From: Malacoraja senta
Lineage: Eukaryota
Length of the DNA: 64,000 nucleotides
Reading direction: 5' to 3'
Assembly: GCA_038087875.1 (NCBI GenBank)
Contig: CM075992.1
Span: 1,304,001-1,368,000, forward strand
Positions 63,960 through 64,000 of the stretch are shown in pieces. A program made the position numbers and the translations under genes. Numbering within the stretch: the stretch's first letter is position 1; every line of letters begins with the position of its first letter. The notes beneath the pieces are model-generated. The model was not told the DNA's origin, did not search any database, and saw only the letters and a program-made list of their open reading frames with translations.

Positions 63960-63987
63960 GACGTTTCGGGTCGAGACCCTTCTTCAG
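63960..63987 (-). ncRNA. Minimal hammerhead core (intact, minus strand)
   Basis: Reverse complement is ctgaagaagggtctcgacccgaaacgtc; identical cores at 12358-12385, 49014-49041 and 51066-51093. Confidence 0.72.
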
Positions 63988-64000
63988 ACTGATTAAGTTG

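Overview
This is repeat-dense vertebrate DNA, inferred from its repeat families to come from a cartilaginous fish, probably a skate or ray. I recognise no host protein-coding gene. The window is a nested mosaic of tRNA-derived V-SINEs (HE1-like), 5'-truncated CR1/HER1-like LINEs (the longest is a 2.4-kb RT fragment with one in-frame stop), Rex1/Babar LINE ends, Penelope-like (GIY-YIG) fragments, PIF/Harbinger-type MITEs, and micro- and minisatellites. A ~5-kb block is duplicated exactly around a 200-N gap and is probably an assembly haplotype overlap. The main signal is a population of about 25 short Penelope-derived elements carrying a minimal type I hammerhead ribozyme core (CTGAAGA-A-GGGT[C/T]TCG[A/G]CCC-GAAA-CG-T[C/T]). 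Several are fold-back insertions with a ribozyme on each strand, bounded by 13-15 bp target-site duplications, and others have become 59-66 bp tandem arrays that have lost the 5' half of the ribozyme. Other oddities are a SINE-like body with two different LINE tails, MITEs hitting the same SINE site, a CR1 subfamily with a long structured 3' UTR, and a few weak splice-signal exon candidates. Coordinates of decayed repeats are approximate and nothing was checked against databases.
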